From contig JAUCBJ010007209.1 in NCBI GenBank assembly GCA_032718475.1, positions 1-64,000 on the forward strand: DNA of 64,000 nucleotides, read 5' to 3'. This document shows, in pieces, positions 1 to 11,143 of the stretch. The notes under the pieces were generated by a model. That model made no database searches. It saw only the letters and a program-made list of their open reading frames with translations, and was not told the origin of the DNA. The translations under genes and the position numbers were made by a program. Within the stretch, counting starts at the first letter, position 1; each line of letters opens with the position of its first letter. The DNA is from Nemertoderma westbladi. Taxonomy: Eukaryota; Animalia; Xenacoelomorpha.

Positions 1-602
1 AAATAACCCCGCAACCCAATATTCTTGATATACCTAAGGTAAGAGAGAAAGGTTACCAATAACGATTGTGACTTATGTTAAAGTGGTTTGAAGTGAATCT
101 AATGTTATTTGATAGACCCTACATGAGTCAGCCTGTGTTCCTTTTATATGTGACTAAAATCATTGAAGATTGGCAGATTAGTGTGCAGTATTGTGCAGCA
201 TAGTGTATGAGTGAGTCTGTTAAAGAAGCAATTCCTAAAGAATGCGCCATATATGTGAATTATAATTAAGCCATATCGTTGTGAGTAGTTTAAGTCATAA
301 CTCTGTTCATGTAGATAAAGCGCCACGTCCTAAAGGAACTGTTAATATTCCCGAAGGTGAATAATATTGTCAGAGATTATATAGTACTGTCAGTCGAATA
401 ATACATTAGGCTTACATAGCAATAAAAATTAAACCGTCGAACCCAATCTCCCGGGAATATCCAGCGGGTGAATGGTCGCGCACGGATTGGTTTCGACTAG
501 TGTAGTGAATCAAATACTTGTCATAGACTAAAAAGCGATTTATTATCTAGAAGACATTCTAATTTGGCGGGTTAAACTGCCAAAGGTCTGAAAGCGCGAA
601 CA
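1..602 (+). mobile_element. 3' part of an LTR of a BEL/Pao element related to the one at 9834-10987, opposite orientation, cut by the window edge
   Basis: The reverse complement of 1-602 (TGTTCGCGCTTTCAGACCTTTGGCAGTTTAACCCGCC...) aligns collinearly with 9834-~10430 (TGTTCGCGCTTTAAGACCTTTAGCAGTTTAACCTGCC...). Shared blocks include AATATTAACAGTTCCTTTAGGACGTGGCGCTTTA. It ends in the canonical ...CA at 602. Confidence 0.85.
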
Positions 603-1265
603 GTAACCTGTGTTTTTGGTGAAAACCTGGTATTCTTCACATGGGGGTAACTGCAATGTGAAATATAACGGCAGAAAGTGTGGTTGTGGTATTCTTCACA
701 TGGGCCGCATCGGCTTAACGCTACTCCGACTACGCGCGGATCACTTTGAAATGTTTTCTTTTAGGTGTGCCGTCACGCGTGGGGCTTTCTCGGAGTGTGG
801 TGGGATCTGGGGGGGGGGGGGGGGGGGGTCGGTTTGGTTACAGCACTGGTTCGGCTACTCTTTCATCATTATCATCAGGGTCACCATCACCTTACTAGTT
901 TTTACTGCATGCATGCTGGATAAGTAGCTGCATAATCGTCAGTACTATTTTAATTATACTCGGAAGCAGAACCGAGTAGGTTCATTTCTTAACGGTCAAA
1001 TGTTTTTTTGCGATTATTGTAAATTAATGTTAAGTTGTAAGCATTGTGGAAAATGAGCAGGTTATATATAGAGTCACGCCATTCTAACCAAAACAATAAA
1101 CGAGAGTCAAGCAAGAACACAGATTACAACTTCATTTTTGTTCGTAATAACGTTTGTCGGCATAATAGACTTTACATCCTCGGGTGGGATGAAATTGATG
1201 AAAACGGAAAACCCACTTTCTTTCTTTTTACTATTTGCTGGACACAGCTTAGTAAAGTCGGCAAT

Positions 1266-1340
1266 GAGTCCAGGTGGGATCGAACTGGTGACCTCCGGGT
1301 TGGAAGTCTGACGCTCTAACCATTCAGCTAGCGGCGGCTC
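1266..1340 (-). mobile_element. tRNA-derived SINE head or pseudo-tRNA
   Basis: The minus strand has an A-box (TAGCTGAATGG) and a B-box (AGTTCGATCCC) at tRNA spacing, but the acceptor and anticodon stems pair poorly. Confidence 0.6.
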
Positions 1341-1550
1341 AGGTAAAAGATAGACCTGGAAAAATAATACATGATACCTTGTACTGTATGTCCGTAATTT
1401 ACCCCCTCATGGCCTCCCATCTGTCAATAACATCATATGCTGCCACTGTGCTCAACCCTACCGTACTTGGCCGTGTTTAACCACTCGCTACAATAAAAGG
1501 CTGATTAATATGTAGGATGGCGAACCTGTATACCGATTTATTTGGCTAAC

Positions 1551-1740
1551 CTGTAAGCCGCTTTCTCGTATCGGCGTAGTTTGGTATTGGAACGAGCCAA
1601 CGCCAGTGTTAGTTCACTTTCTGATCGGTCTTCCACTAATCCCGCCCCGAGCAGAGTCTCTAGAAGACCAGTGGCTGCCTCGTGGAAACCCTTCTCGTGA
1701 AGGTAAAGACCCAGGTTCTGGAGTTGGGTGGTTATATTAT
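1551..1740 (-). CDS. TPR-repeat protein (TTC28-like), exon 5
   Basis: Acceptor tttcag and donor gttag. Phase 1 matches exon 4. Peptide DNITTQLQNLGLYLHEKGFHEAATGLLETLLGAGLVEDRSESELTLALARSNTKLRRYEKAAY resembles the helices that follow the first three TPRs of TTC28. Confidence 0.7.
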
Positions 1741-2289
1741 CTGAAATCCAATGTACTTTTATTATTGGGCGGACGGCCGCAATTCGTTCTAGAACTTAAG
1801 GGGGGGGGGGGGATTTCCAATCAAAATCAGTTTCAATCTTACAAAGATTGGTGTCGAGGAATGAAACCTACTGTACGTCCCACAGTTTTGTAACGTGGGT
1901 CTATAAAGTGCCATAGCGTGTCTTTCTATTACACTGGTGGTTTGCACAAAGTGTAGGCCTACACTGAGTAGGCCTACATAGAATAACAACAATATTTTTT
2001 TATTTATAACAACAATATTCAATTCTACAAAATATACAGAGCACGCAGACATGTTCTCTGTTTTTGCTAATATATTAATAATATATTATATATATATATA
2101 TATACTAATATATTAATATATAACAACAAAATTATAACAATTAGTATTAATAGTAACGTATTGTATAAATACTGTAGGCACAGGTACCATAGGTCTAATG
2201 ATAAAATACTGCAAAGTTTGTCTACAGGGCAACTCAAATTGAAAAAATCCACAAAAATATATTTTCAGATAACAAAAAAATGGCCCAAC

Positions 2290-2464
2290 CTTTACTGACA
2301 CCAGGGAAGTCTGTGGTATCGCATAACTTTTCGATGACAGCGACTATATCCACGGCTAGTCTGTCAACATTATCGGGATCTCGAGCTAAGGTTAGTAGGA
2401 ACTGAACGAGGGATTCCATATAGTTCCCTTGTTTATCCAGAACCACAGCCAGTAAATAAGAACC
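2290..2464 (-). CDS. TPR-repeat protein (TTC28-like), exon 4
   Basis: Acceptor ttttccattccag and donor gttggg, phase 0 to 1. Peptide GSYLLAVVLDKQGNYMESLVQFLLTLARDPDN... is a TPR. Confidence 0.75.
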
Positions 2465-2613
2465 CTGGAATGGAAAAAAAATATTTGCCGATACGAAACT
2501 CACTACATACTGTACGCATCACATACGCCTGCCCCTCTCTCAACATACGCTTATGAATAGAAATCAGTTGCAACATATATTTGTTTGATTGTATAGAACT
2601 ATGACTATCTTAC

Positions 2614-2701
2614 CGTTGGTAAATCTGGATCTAAGTTGATTAAGCTCTGGGCGTCTCTTTGTGCCGCGAACAGTTGACTGAGTTCAATATAAACAGCAGC
2701 C
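2614..2701 (-). CDS. TPR-repeat protein (TTC28-like), exon 3
   Basis: Acceptor ttttctag and donor gtaag, phase 2 to 0. Peptide (R)AAVYIELSQLFAAQRDAQSLINLDPDLPT continues the TPR array from LLTSR in exon 38342-38463, like the TTC28 ...SNRSAAY junction. Confidence 0.75.
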
Positions 2702-3194
2702 CTAGAAAATATGGAAATTTCATTCATTAAAACTTTACTCTTGTCAAATATTGTCAATATACGTTCTTTTCATATGTTGCATGAAGGCTGTGTATCAATA
2801 CCCGCCTTTTTTTTTATCACGTGGTGTATGAAGGGATTATCCTGTCTCTTGTCACGTGATACGAGAAGGCAGACCCTTGTTTCACGTGATACGTGAAGGC
2901 TGTATCAAACAAAACCTCTTTACTGTATGTGATACAAGAAGCAGCTGGAAATAATTCAGTTTGGGGTACCTTCACGGCCATTGATTTTTATACTGTATGA
3001 AACTCACTGGTTACATTAGTGGCGGCCTCAACCCTAATTAAAACTATCATGTAACCCCAAGTCATAATCTAAGAAATTTAGCGGAATTTCTGACATTATG
3101 ACTTAGGGTTAGAGTTACATGACAGTTTTAATTATGGTTGAGGCCTGACCAACTAACCCTAACCAAAATAATAAACCAAAGTAAAGTAAAAAAA

Positions 3195-3422
3195 GGTAAA
3201 TTTTCTTCGACCGGTTTGGCCAGGGATTACGCACAAAGTCTGTCGACTTATTTCCAGTGCGGTTCCCCCCAGAACTATACTCCCCAGAGGAAACGCCAGT
3301 ACTCATTTAGCTACCACTTAAGGATGCAATGCAGTGGGATGCGCCCTAGCTGGTCCCTTCAAAGCATTCGTGCCGAAACGAAAACTGTCCTGGCCAATGC
3401 GGGGATCGAACCCACGACCTAC
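3195..3422 (-). mobile_element. tRNA-derived SINE, family 2, copy 1
   Basis: B-box GGTTCGATCC at the 5' end on the minus strand. The ~230-bp body recurs at 31453-31679, with fragments near 41130 and 50860. Confidence 0.7.
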
Positions 3423-4817
3423 GGGAGATGTGAATTCAATGTAACCACTAACACCAAGGTGGGACCTTAAACAAACTATCTTAAAAGAATATGGTTATGA
3501 TACATAGGCCTATGTGACAGTATGACAGTGTACCGGTAACTGTCTGACTAAAAAAAGAAAGTGAAGGTACGTGAAACAGCTTTGAGCCAAGGAGCATCCA
3601 AGCATGCCTCTTATAACGTGCTAAGTTGCATTAAGGCTGTATCCAATTCCACCCCGCCCTTGTCCGGAAGGTTAAAAATCTCCCCTATTGACATGTACTG
3701 TACAGTACGCAGAGGCGTAGAGTGGTTTTTCAGCACCCGGGGGTAGACTAACTTTTAGCCACCCCCCCCCCCCCCCCCACCATCCCCCCCCCCCCCCCCC
3801 CCCCCCCCCCAGCCACCCCCAAGAAATTGAATTTTTCATAATCCCATTGAATGATTGAAATTCTTTTTTTAACAATGATATACAGTATAATAAATGTAGT
3901 TGCCCTATTTCCAATTTTTCACAGTGTTGTATTATTGTTGCCTCTATTCAAAGCAGGTGCCTTTTCTATACGATAGGGCGCCCTTTTATCTCTCCTTAGG
4001 GCTCATTTTCGTAAGGCAGTAAGAAAGTCGTAGTAAGTAAATTCCATCGTTATTATCACGATAATTAATATCCCCATTGTCTGTTTTAAGGGTATATTAG
4101 TTTGGTAACAGATTTTGCATAAAAAGATTAAGTTATTATCAAAATCATTATTACGAATATTCCCGAAATACATTGAAATAATAACTTATTGTGTTTTGTT
4201 TATAATATCGAGAAATGGAAATTATAACAACTCGAAGACATTTCGGCACCCCGTTCGGTTGGCAGCCAGGGGCAAGTAATTAATTAATTTGAGCTAGTTA
4301 ATGTATTCGAGGTGATTAATTGAGTGCAGCAGATGTCGGTGTTGTAGCAGGTCGCACAAACAAGGATACTATTTCTGAGTCTAATATTATTAGCCAATAT
4401 AGAGAGATAACGTCCGTCCGGCATGGCATGCTCGCCATGTAAGAGCGATAAACTTAGGGGGTAGAGCCGTTAGCCTACCCCCCTCAACTTCCCTCATATC
4501 CTACAGTTCAAGGCCACCAATATTGAACCATGTAACTTTCAAGTTTGCGAAAAAGTAGTGCAAGTCCATATATAGCTGATCAGAGGCGTAGCGAGCCCTT
4601 CTGGCGCCCGGGGGAATGAAGCTGAGATGCCCCCCCTCCCCACCTTCATTAATTTTAACTTTTCATTTATGACGGTTTTTTTAATATGATATATAGATAA
4701 CAGTATATAATATTTAAAAAAAACGTCTGAAAAACAGTTTACTAGCAGTATATAACTATATCAAATCTATTATACACAAGTGAAAATCGTGATCTTCAGA
4801 CCGCAAGTGAAATAATG

Positions 4818-7800
4818 ACTCGTAGTTATAGCTGTTGGTGGAGACACACTGTACTAGCGTTTTATATGTCAATATTATTTATTATTTTTACGTATTATCA
4901 TGCAAACTATGAATACAAATTATGTTGTTCTAAATAATGACGAAATGTCTAAATATTTTGTTTAAACGAAAAACATAACAATATAACATTTTTATCTGGT
5001 TCTAAAGCAATGCAATGTGTTATTCAGCCGAACTTACTTAAAAACCCATATCTCTGATTATTGATATTCGAAATGATTCTCAGATGTACCGTACAATATC
5101 CATTAATATAATATTCCATTAATAATTTTAATAAGTATCATAGTATACTTTCTTACATTACTTGAATAATACGAATACATCACTAGATATACAATAATCG
5201 AGTCTTGATAAAAATTTATAGGACTATTATTATTCGATTAAAAAAAAAGTAAGCGAAAAACACCGCTTTTTTTCACTCATTTTAAATTTAGCGAATTTTA
5301 ACTATTCTGTCCGAGTGGTTGAGTTTTAAAAAAGTTGGCAGGTTTTTAGCACGAGCGAAGCGAGTGTTAAAAAGCCAACGAGTGGAAAACTCAACACACG
5401 AGGGCAGAATACTGTATCTTAATTTCTCTAAAGAAAATGAGTGGAAAATAGTGATTTCCGTTACGTTTTGATATCGAAAATATGGTTTTATTTGAAAAAA
5501 ATATCACCAGCGTTATCAATGTTTACGACGTATAATAATAATAATACTAAATTTTAATTGTGAAGATTAATTAAATTAATTAATTAGTTTAATTTATAAG
5601 ATTGTGTGAGCTAGCTGTACAGTAAGCTGCTACCCGACAAGCCTTTTGGTCTGCATTATATTATCATTTATGTACCAGGAACTTACTCAATTATATGACA
5701 GTATGTATCAATTTGAATATATTGTGTAGTACATAGTTCATTAAATTAAAAAAAAATTAGTTAAAAAAAGTTAAAAATTATTTAAAAAAAGTTAAAAATT
5801 AGTTTAAAAAAAATAAAAAAATAGTTTAAAAAAAAATACTTTTTTTAACTATTTTTCTGGAAATTAGTGAAAAAAAGTTAGATTAATTAACTAAATTTTA
5901 AAAATATTAGTGAGAAAAGCCTTCTTCAAATAAAAATCTGTTATTTAAGGGGCAAGCCACAATGTTGGCGAACTTATTAGGAGCCCGCTTGACAGCGGGA
6001 TACTTACTGTAAGAATCTTCAGGATACATTACATTGACTGACAGTGACTGACTGATAATTATCTAGGTTAAGGCACTTCCTGCCTGGCGATTTTGATGAA
6101 ATTTTGCAAGTACATTGCTTTTGAGGTTCATAATCGCGTTACAAAATTTCAGATCGATTCTATGTGTGGTATTCGATATATTTAGTTTTTTGACATTGTT
6201 TTGTCGCGAAATTAAAAGCAATGGTAAAATAACAGCTGGTGTTCATGATGAAATATGGCTTAATATGTTATACACAGTCATAGACAAAACGTGTTGGTTG
6301 CCAAGTTTTACTAGTAGGCTATAAGGAAAGGCAATGTTTACTCACACATAAGCTGTTGGTTTCTAATGTATTACCCCATAAGCTGATTGCTCTCCCAGTG
6401 CTTCCTAAGGGTATATCTACAATAAGGTTACTCACTCTGCTATGTTAGGGGGTGGATCAGGAGAATGAATTTTAGTTACACAAAGCAAGCAGTGTGTTGT
6501 GTCCTATTGCAGTCGATACTCACTGTGGATTGCAAAATGTTTTATAGTTGACCTACACTATAATACAGTAGTTGCATGTATTTAAGGAGCCCGCTCTGGC
6601 CTACTGCCTAACTTAGCAGTAATACCTATATTACATATACACATATTAAAAATATTCTTATTTTTTTTATTACATACGATTTTTTAGCTGAAACGATTTT
6701 TTAGCTGAAGCATTAATAGTGTAAATTAATTTAATTATATTTTAATACCATTACTACATTGGCATACTGTAAGATAAGTTTTAATATTTCTTACAAATAG
6801 TGGTGCGAGCATAAATCAAATCACGCAAATTTAAAAGAACCGGGTGTGTTGTCATAGCAAAGTTTCAGTTTTTATTATGTGGGACGAGCCACAAAGTACT
6901 GCTGAGAAAGACTGAAAGGTTCAAAGACTGTATGTCAACAATGTTATTATTATTATAGTCTGCGCCACAAACAGAATATGCCAAATAATTAAATTAGCAA
7001 TATAAATTTCAGAAAAATAGCTATCGGACTTGGCTGAAGAAATCGAATTATAATCCACTTAGTTTGTTATATTGATGATATTATTACTCTCTGGGAATGT
7101 GTTGGAATGGGAGATTGTAAATTATTATTGAACAGTAAATATTACATATCCCATAAAAGTCGTCATAATTAATTGTGTAGAAACAATTGTTCACCTTCTC
7201 GTTTAGATTAATTAGTAAATAAATAAATTAGTTTAGATATTTTCTGTTAGCGAATTTATTTCGAATAATAAAAAAGTGTGTAGGCCGATTGTATGGTTGT
7301 TTAATTTGCGTTATTATTTTTCGCCGCGACCTAGACTTCTATTAATTGTTAAATCTAATGGTTTTCAAAAAGAAAGGTAACCGTACCTGTACTGGTAAAT
7401 CTAACTTGTTATTTATCTGGTTGTGAATCATGGGCATTTTCTTATAAATATTCGGTTGTTAGTGGCAGCAAAGTTTCATTTTTTATTATGTGGGGCAAGC
7501 CACAAAGTCAGCTATGTATCATCACACCATTTAGACAATTGTTTAGTTTAGTATTGGCTAGGATTCTTCCCCCCGGGCTCCTTCCAGCCAGCTTGCTGGC
7601 TCTCTAGTACTGTTAGGGGGTATGTCATTAACTGGAAATAGATGGTTGCCGTTTTCGCGTTGTTAGATTTTGACATTCTAAAACTTGTCGAATTTAAAAC
7701 TGCAGAGTTGAGAATTTACGGCTTCAACAGGACCAAGAGATGGTATTTTTGACTGACTTTTAGACACCATATTTTCAATAGACTCCCGCTAGAGGGATAC

Positions 7801-7940
7801 AAGACTAAACAACCTGAAACTATCTCTGTTTCAAATTGCATGTAATCTCATTATGATTTTGTTGTCAAATTTGTGTGGGGGTGTGGGGGGGGGGGGGGGG
7901 GGTGGGTTGGGGTGAGGGGCATGGCACTAAATTATGACAA
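4818..7940. repeat. Copy A of a triplicated ~1.4-kb AT-rich segment, interrupted by a ~1.6-kb insertion (5977-7607)
   Basis: 4818-5976 plus 7608-7940 align with 8341-9833 and 23750-25165. Confidence 0.9.
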
Positions 7941-8051
7941 CATTCCAGGAAATGGTGTACCATCAACCATACAATGTATATAAATGGTGTTATAAATTGT
8001 AACAATCTGACAGAAGCAGCCAGCACATAATCTTGTGTTTTAGCGGACTCT

Positions 8052-8190
8052 GGGGTGAATACGCGTGGTGGACCTGGACAGCCCATGACTTTCTTGAGAC
8101 GCATCTTAAAGGACACTGGCCGTGAAGATGGGGATGAAACAATAATGTCATGGGTGATACGGAGTTGTGGCGCGCAATTTTGACGACAAT
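8052..8190 (+). mobile_element. 3'-terminal fragment of the RTE-type LINE family seen at 49195-50326
   Basis: GGACAGCCCATGACTTTCTTGAGACGCATCTTAAAGGACACTGGCC is identical to the stretch at ~50145-50190. Confidence 0.85.
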
Positions 8191-8340
8191 GGGCTACATG
8201 ACTACATGACATGTCAAACTATTACCGTTCATTTCAACATATTTTTTTTTACAATTTAATATTTTATGCGAAAAATTGAGTTACCGGTACTGATTTCATA
8301 TTTGATTACATTAAATGTCACCGTATAGCAGTGCCTTCCG

Positions 8341-9833
8341 ACTCGTAGTTATAGCTGTTGGTGGAGACACACTGTACTAGCGTTTTATATGTCAATATTA
8401 TTTATTATTTTTACGTATTATCATGCAAACTATGAAGACAAATTATGTTATTCTAAATAATGACGAAATGTCTAAATATTTTGTTTAAACGAAAAACATA
8501 ACAATATAACATTTTTATCTGGTTCTACAACAATGCAATCCGTAATTCAGCCCAACTTACTTAAAAACCCATATCTCTGATTATTGATATTCGAAATGAT
8601 TCTCACTGATGTACCGTACAATATCAAATATTATAACAAATAAATATTTTTAATAAGTATCATAGTATACTTTCTTACGTTCCTTGAATAATACGAATAC
8701 ATCACTAGATATACAATAATCGAGTCTTGATAAAAATTTATACAGTAGGACTATTATTATTCGATAAAAAAAAAGTAAGCGGAAAACACCGCTTTTTTTC
8801 ACTCATTTTAAATTTAGCGAAATTCAACTATTCTGTCCGAGTGGTTGAGTTTTAAAAGAGTTGGCAGGTTTGTAGCACGAGCGAAGCGAGTGGTAAAAAG
8901 CCAACGAGTGGAAAACTCAACACACGAGGGAAGAATATCTGAATTTCTCTAAAGAAAATGAGAGGAAAATAGTGTTTTCCGTTACGTTTTTATATCGAAA
9001 ATATTGTTTTATTTGAAAAAAAATATCACCGGCGTTATCAATGTTTACGACGTATAATAATAATAATACTAAATTTTAATTGTGAAGATTAATTAAATTA
9101 ATTAAATAATTTAATTTAGAAGATTGTGTGAGCTAGCTGTACAGTAAGCTGCTACCCGACAAGCCTTTTGGTCTGCATTATATTATCATTTATGTACCAG
9201 GAACTTACTCAATTATATGAAAGTATGTATCAATTTGATTATATTGTGTAGTAAATAGTTCATTAAATAAAAACAAAATTGGTTAAAAAAAGTAAAAAAT
9301 TGGATGATAAAAGTAAAAATTAGTTTAAAAAAGTTAAAAATTAGTTAAAAAAAGTTAAAAATTAGTTAAAAAAAGTAAAAAAAATAGTTTAAAAAAAAAT
9401 ACTTTTTTTAACTAATTTTCTGGAAATTAGTGAAAAAAGTTAGATTAATTAACTAAATTTTAAAAATATTAGTGAGAAAAGCTTTTTTCAAATAAAAATC
9501 TGTTATTTAAGGGGCGAGCCACAATGTTGGCGAACTTATACTGTTAGGGGGTGTCATTAACTGGAAATAGTTTGTTGCCGTTTTCGCGTTGTTAGATTTT
9601 GACATGCTAAAACTTGTCGAATTTAAAACTGCAGAGTTGAGAATTTACGGCTTCAACAGGACCAAGAGATGGTATTTTTGACTGACTTTTAGACACCATA
9701 TTTTCAATAGACTCCCGCTAGAGGGGTGCAAGACTAAACAACCTGAAACTATCTCTGTTTCAAATTGCATGTAATCTCATTATAATTTTGTTGTCAAATT
9801 TGTGTGGGGCTGGGGTGTGGGGGGGGGGGGGGG
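8341..9833. repeat. Copy B of the triplicated segment, ending in the poly-G tract where the LTR is inserted
   Basis: Near-identical to copies A and C up to the G-run. The GGCACT(A/G)AATTATGACA that follows the G-run in A and C is absent here. Confidence 0.9.
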
Positions 9834-10987
9834 TGTTCGCGCTTTAAGACCTTTAGCAGTTTAACCTGCCAATTTTAGTTGTCCTCTTGTTTATAAATCG
9901 ACTTTAGCCTTTTACCAATTACTTAGTGTACTGAAGTTACATCAGCCGAAGCCAGTCCGTGCGCGGCGTATGACCCACGGTGTGGGAGACTGGATTCGGA
10001 TTCCTTGAGAGTCATTGCAGTGTAGACCTACTGTATTATTCGATTGATCGCTACTATATAATCTCTGACAAATGTATTTACTTTCGGGGAAATATTAACA
10101 GTTCCTTTAGGACGTGGCGCTTTAAGTATAAATACAGAGTTATGACTTATACTAATCACAACTAGATGGCCACATAGTTTCGTAAATAGCGCATTCTTTA
10201 GGAGATGCTTTATTAACCTTCACACTACTTCACACGACTTCACACTACTTCACACTACTTTACACTAGTTCGCCGACCGTCACTGAAATTGATCATATAT
10301 AAGGAGGATCGCAACTGACACACGTAGGGATTATGAAATAGCATTTAATTCACACAAAACCACTATAATTTAAGTCGCAGTTGCTACCGGTAAACCTGTT
10401 CCTCTTACCTCAGTAATCAAGAAGATTGAGGGGTTTATGATTATTTATCGGTATTCTCCAAATATAACAGCAATGTCCATTAATATAACAACAATTAATA
10501 AAATACCGTAAACAGAAGTAAAATAATGCGGTGAACAGTCAGCATGTGTTACTTATGCAGTTATGAAATGTTCAGTGGTGCGTCAAATAAGGTGATTAAG
10601 GTAGGTTCAGGTGTGAGCCGGTGAGCCGGATAATAGATTTACGTTCTTATAATCAAAGCCATCTGATGTTCCTAGGCTAAAGTCTGAAACTTCCACACAG
10701 AAGCATTGAAAATTTCCAGCTGGCTCTGATGCTCATAAAATGTAAACAAAGACCGTAATGCATTGCGCGAGTTTCCATAGGTTTCTGTTAGACATAAAGT
10801 GAAAATTGCTCTGATTGGCTAATAAGGCAGAACAAAGAACCTCCACGTCCACAAAGAATCAGCTGACAGATTTCGTCATCTTGGTTCTAATTCCTTCCCG
10901 TCGCGTAGTTGGATAAATTTAGGACTATTTTAGAGTATTCTGCGCATTGCGTAAAAATGACTTGTTATGTCCGCAAAAGCTTTTACA
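9834..10987 (-). repeat. 3' LTR (~1154 bp), TG...CA
   Basis: The minus strand starts TGTAAAAGC at 10987, directly after a purine-rich PPT-like tract (CTGGGAGCGG, 10997-10988), and ends GCGCGAACA at 9834. It contains a TATA-like TATATA (~10300), an AATAAA (~10212) and a 10-bp CACACTACTT tandem. Confidence 0.8.
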
Positions 10988-11143
10988 CCGCTCCCAGAAA
11001 ATGGGATTTAAGTCAATAAAATATAAAAAATCACAGTTTCTAAAATACAAAAATACTCTAAACTATTAGTCCTTCTTTCGTGAACGGCGTTTACAAAGTT
11101 TTTTGAGGCTAGTAAGAGTCCTTTTCTCTTTGGGGCGAGCCAC

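Noticed and set aside
1266-1340. Functional tRNA-Gly(TCC)
   Set aside because: A and B boxes are present, but the acceptor and anticodon stems do not pair, so a SINE head is more likely.
845-1500. Further TPR-gene exons (acceptors near 928 and 1489)
   Set aside because: Both are phase-compatible but short, with no convincing TPR pattern, and I could not choose between them.
3760-3820. Poly-C/poly-G tracts as a dedicated regulatory system
   Set aside because: Many sit inside the termini of dispersed MITEs, and homopolymer lengths are unreliable in assemblies.
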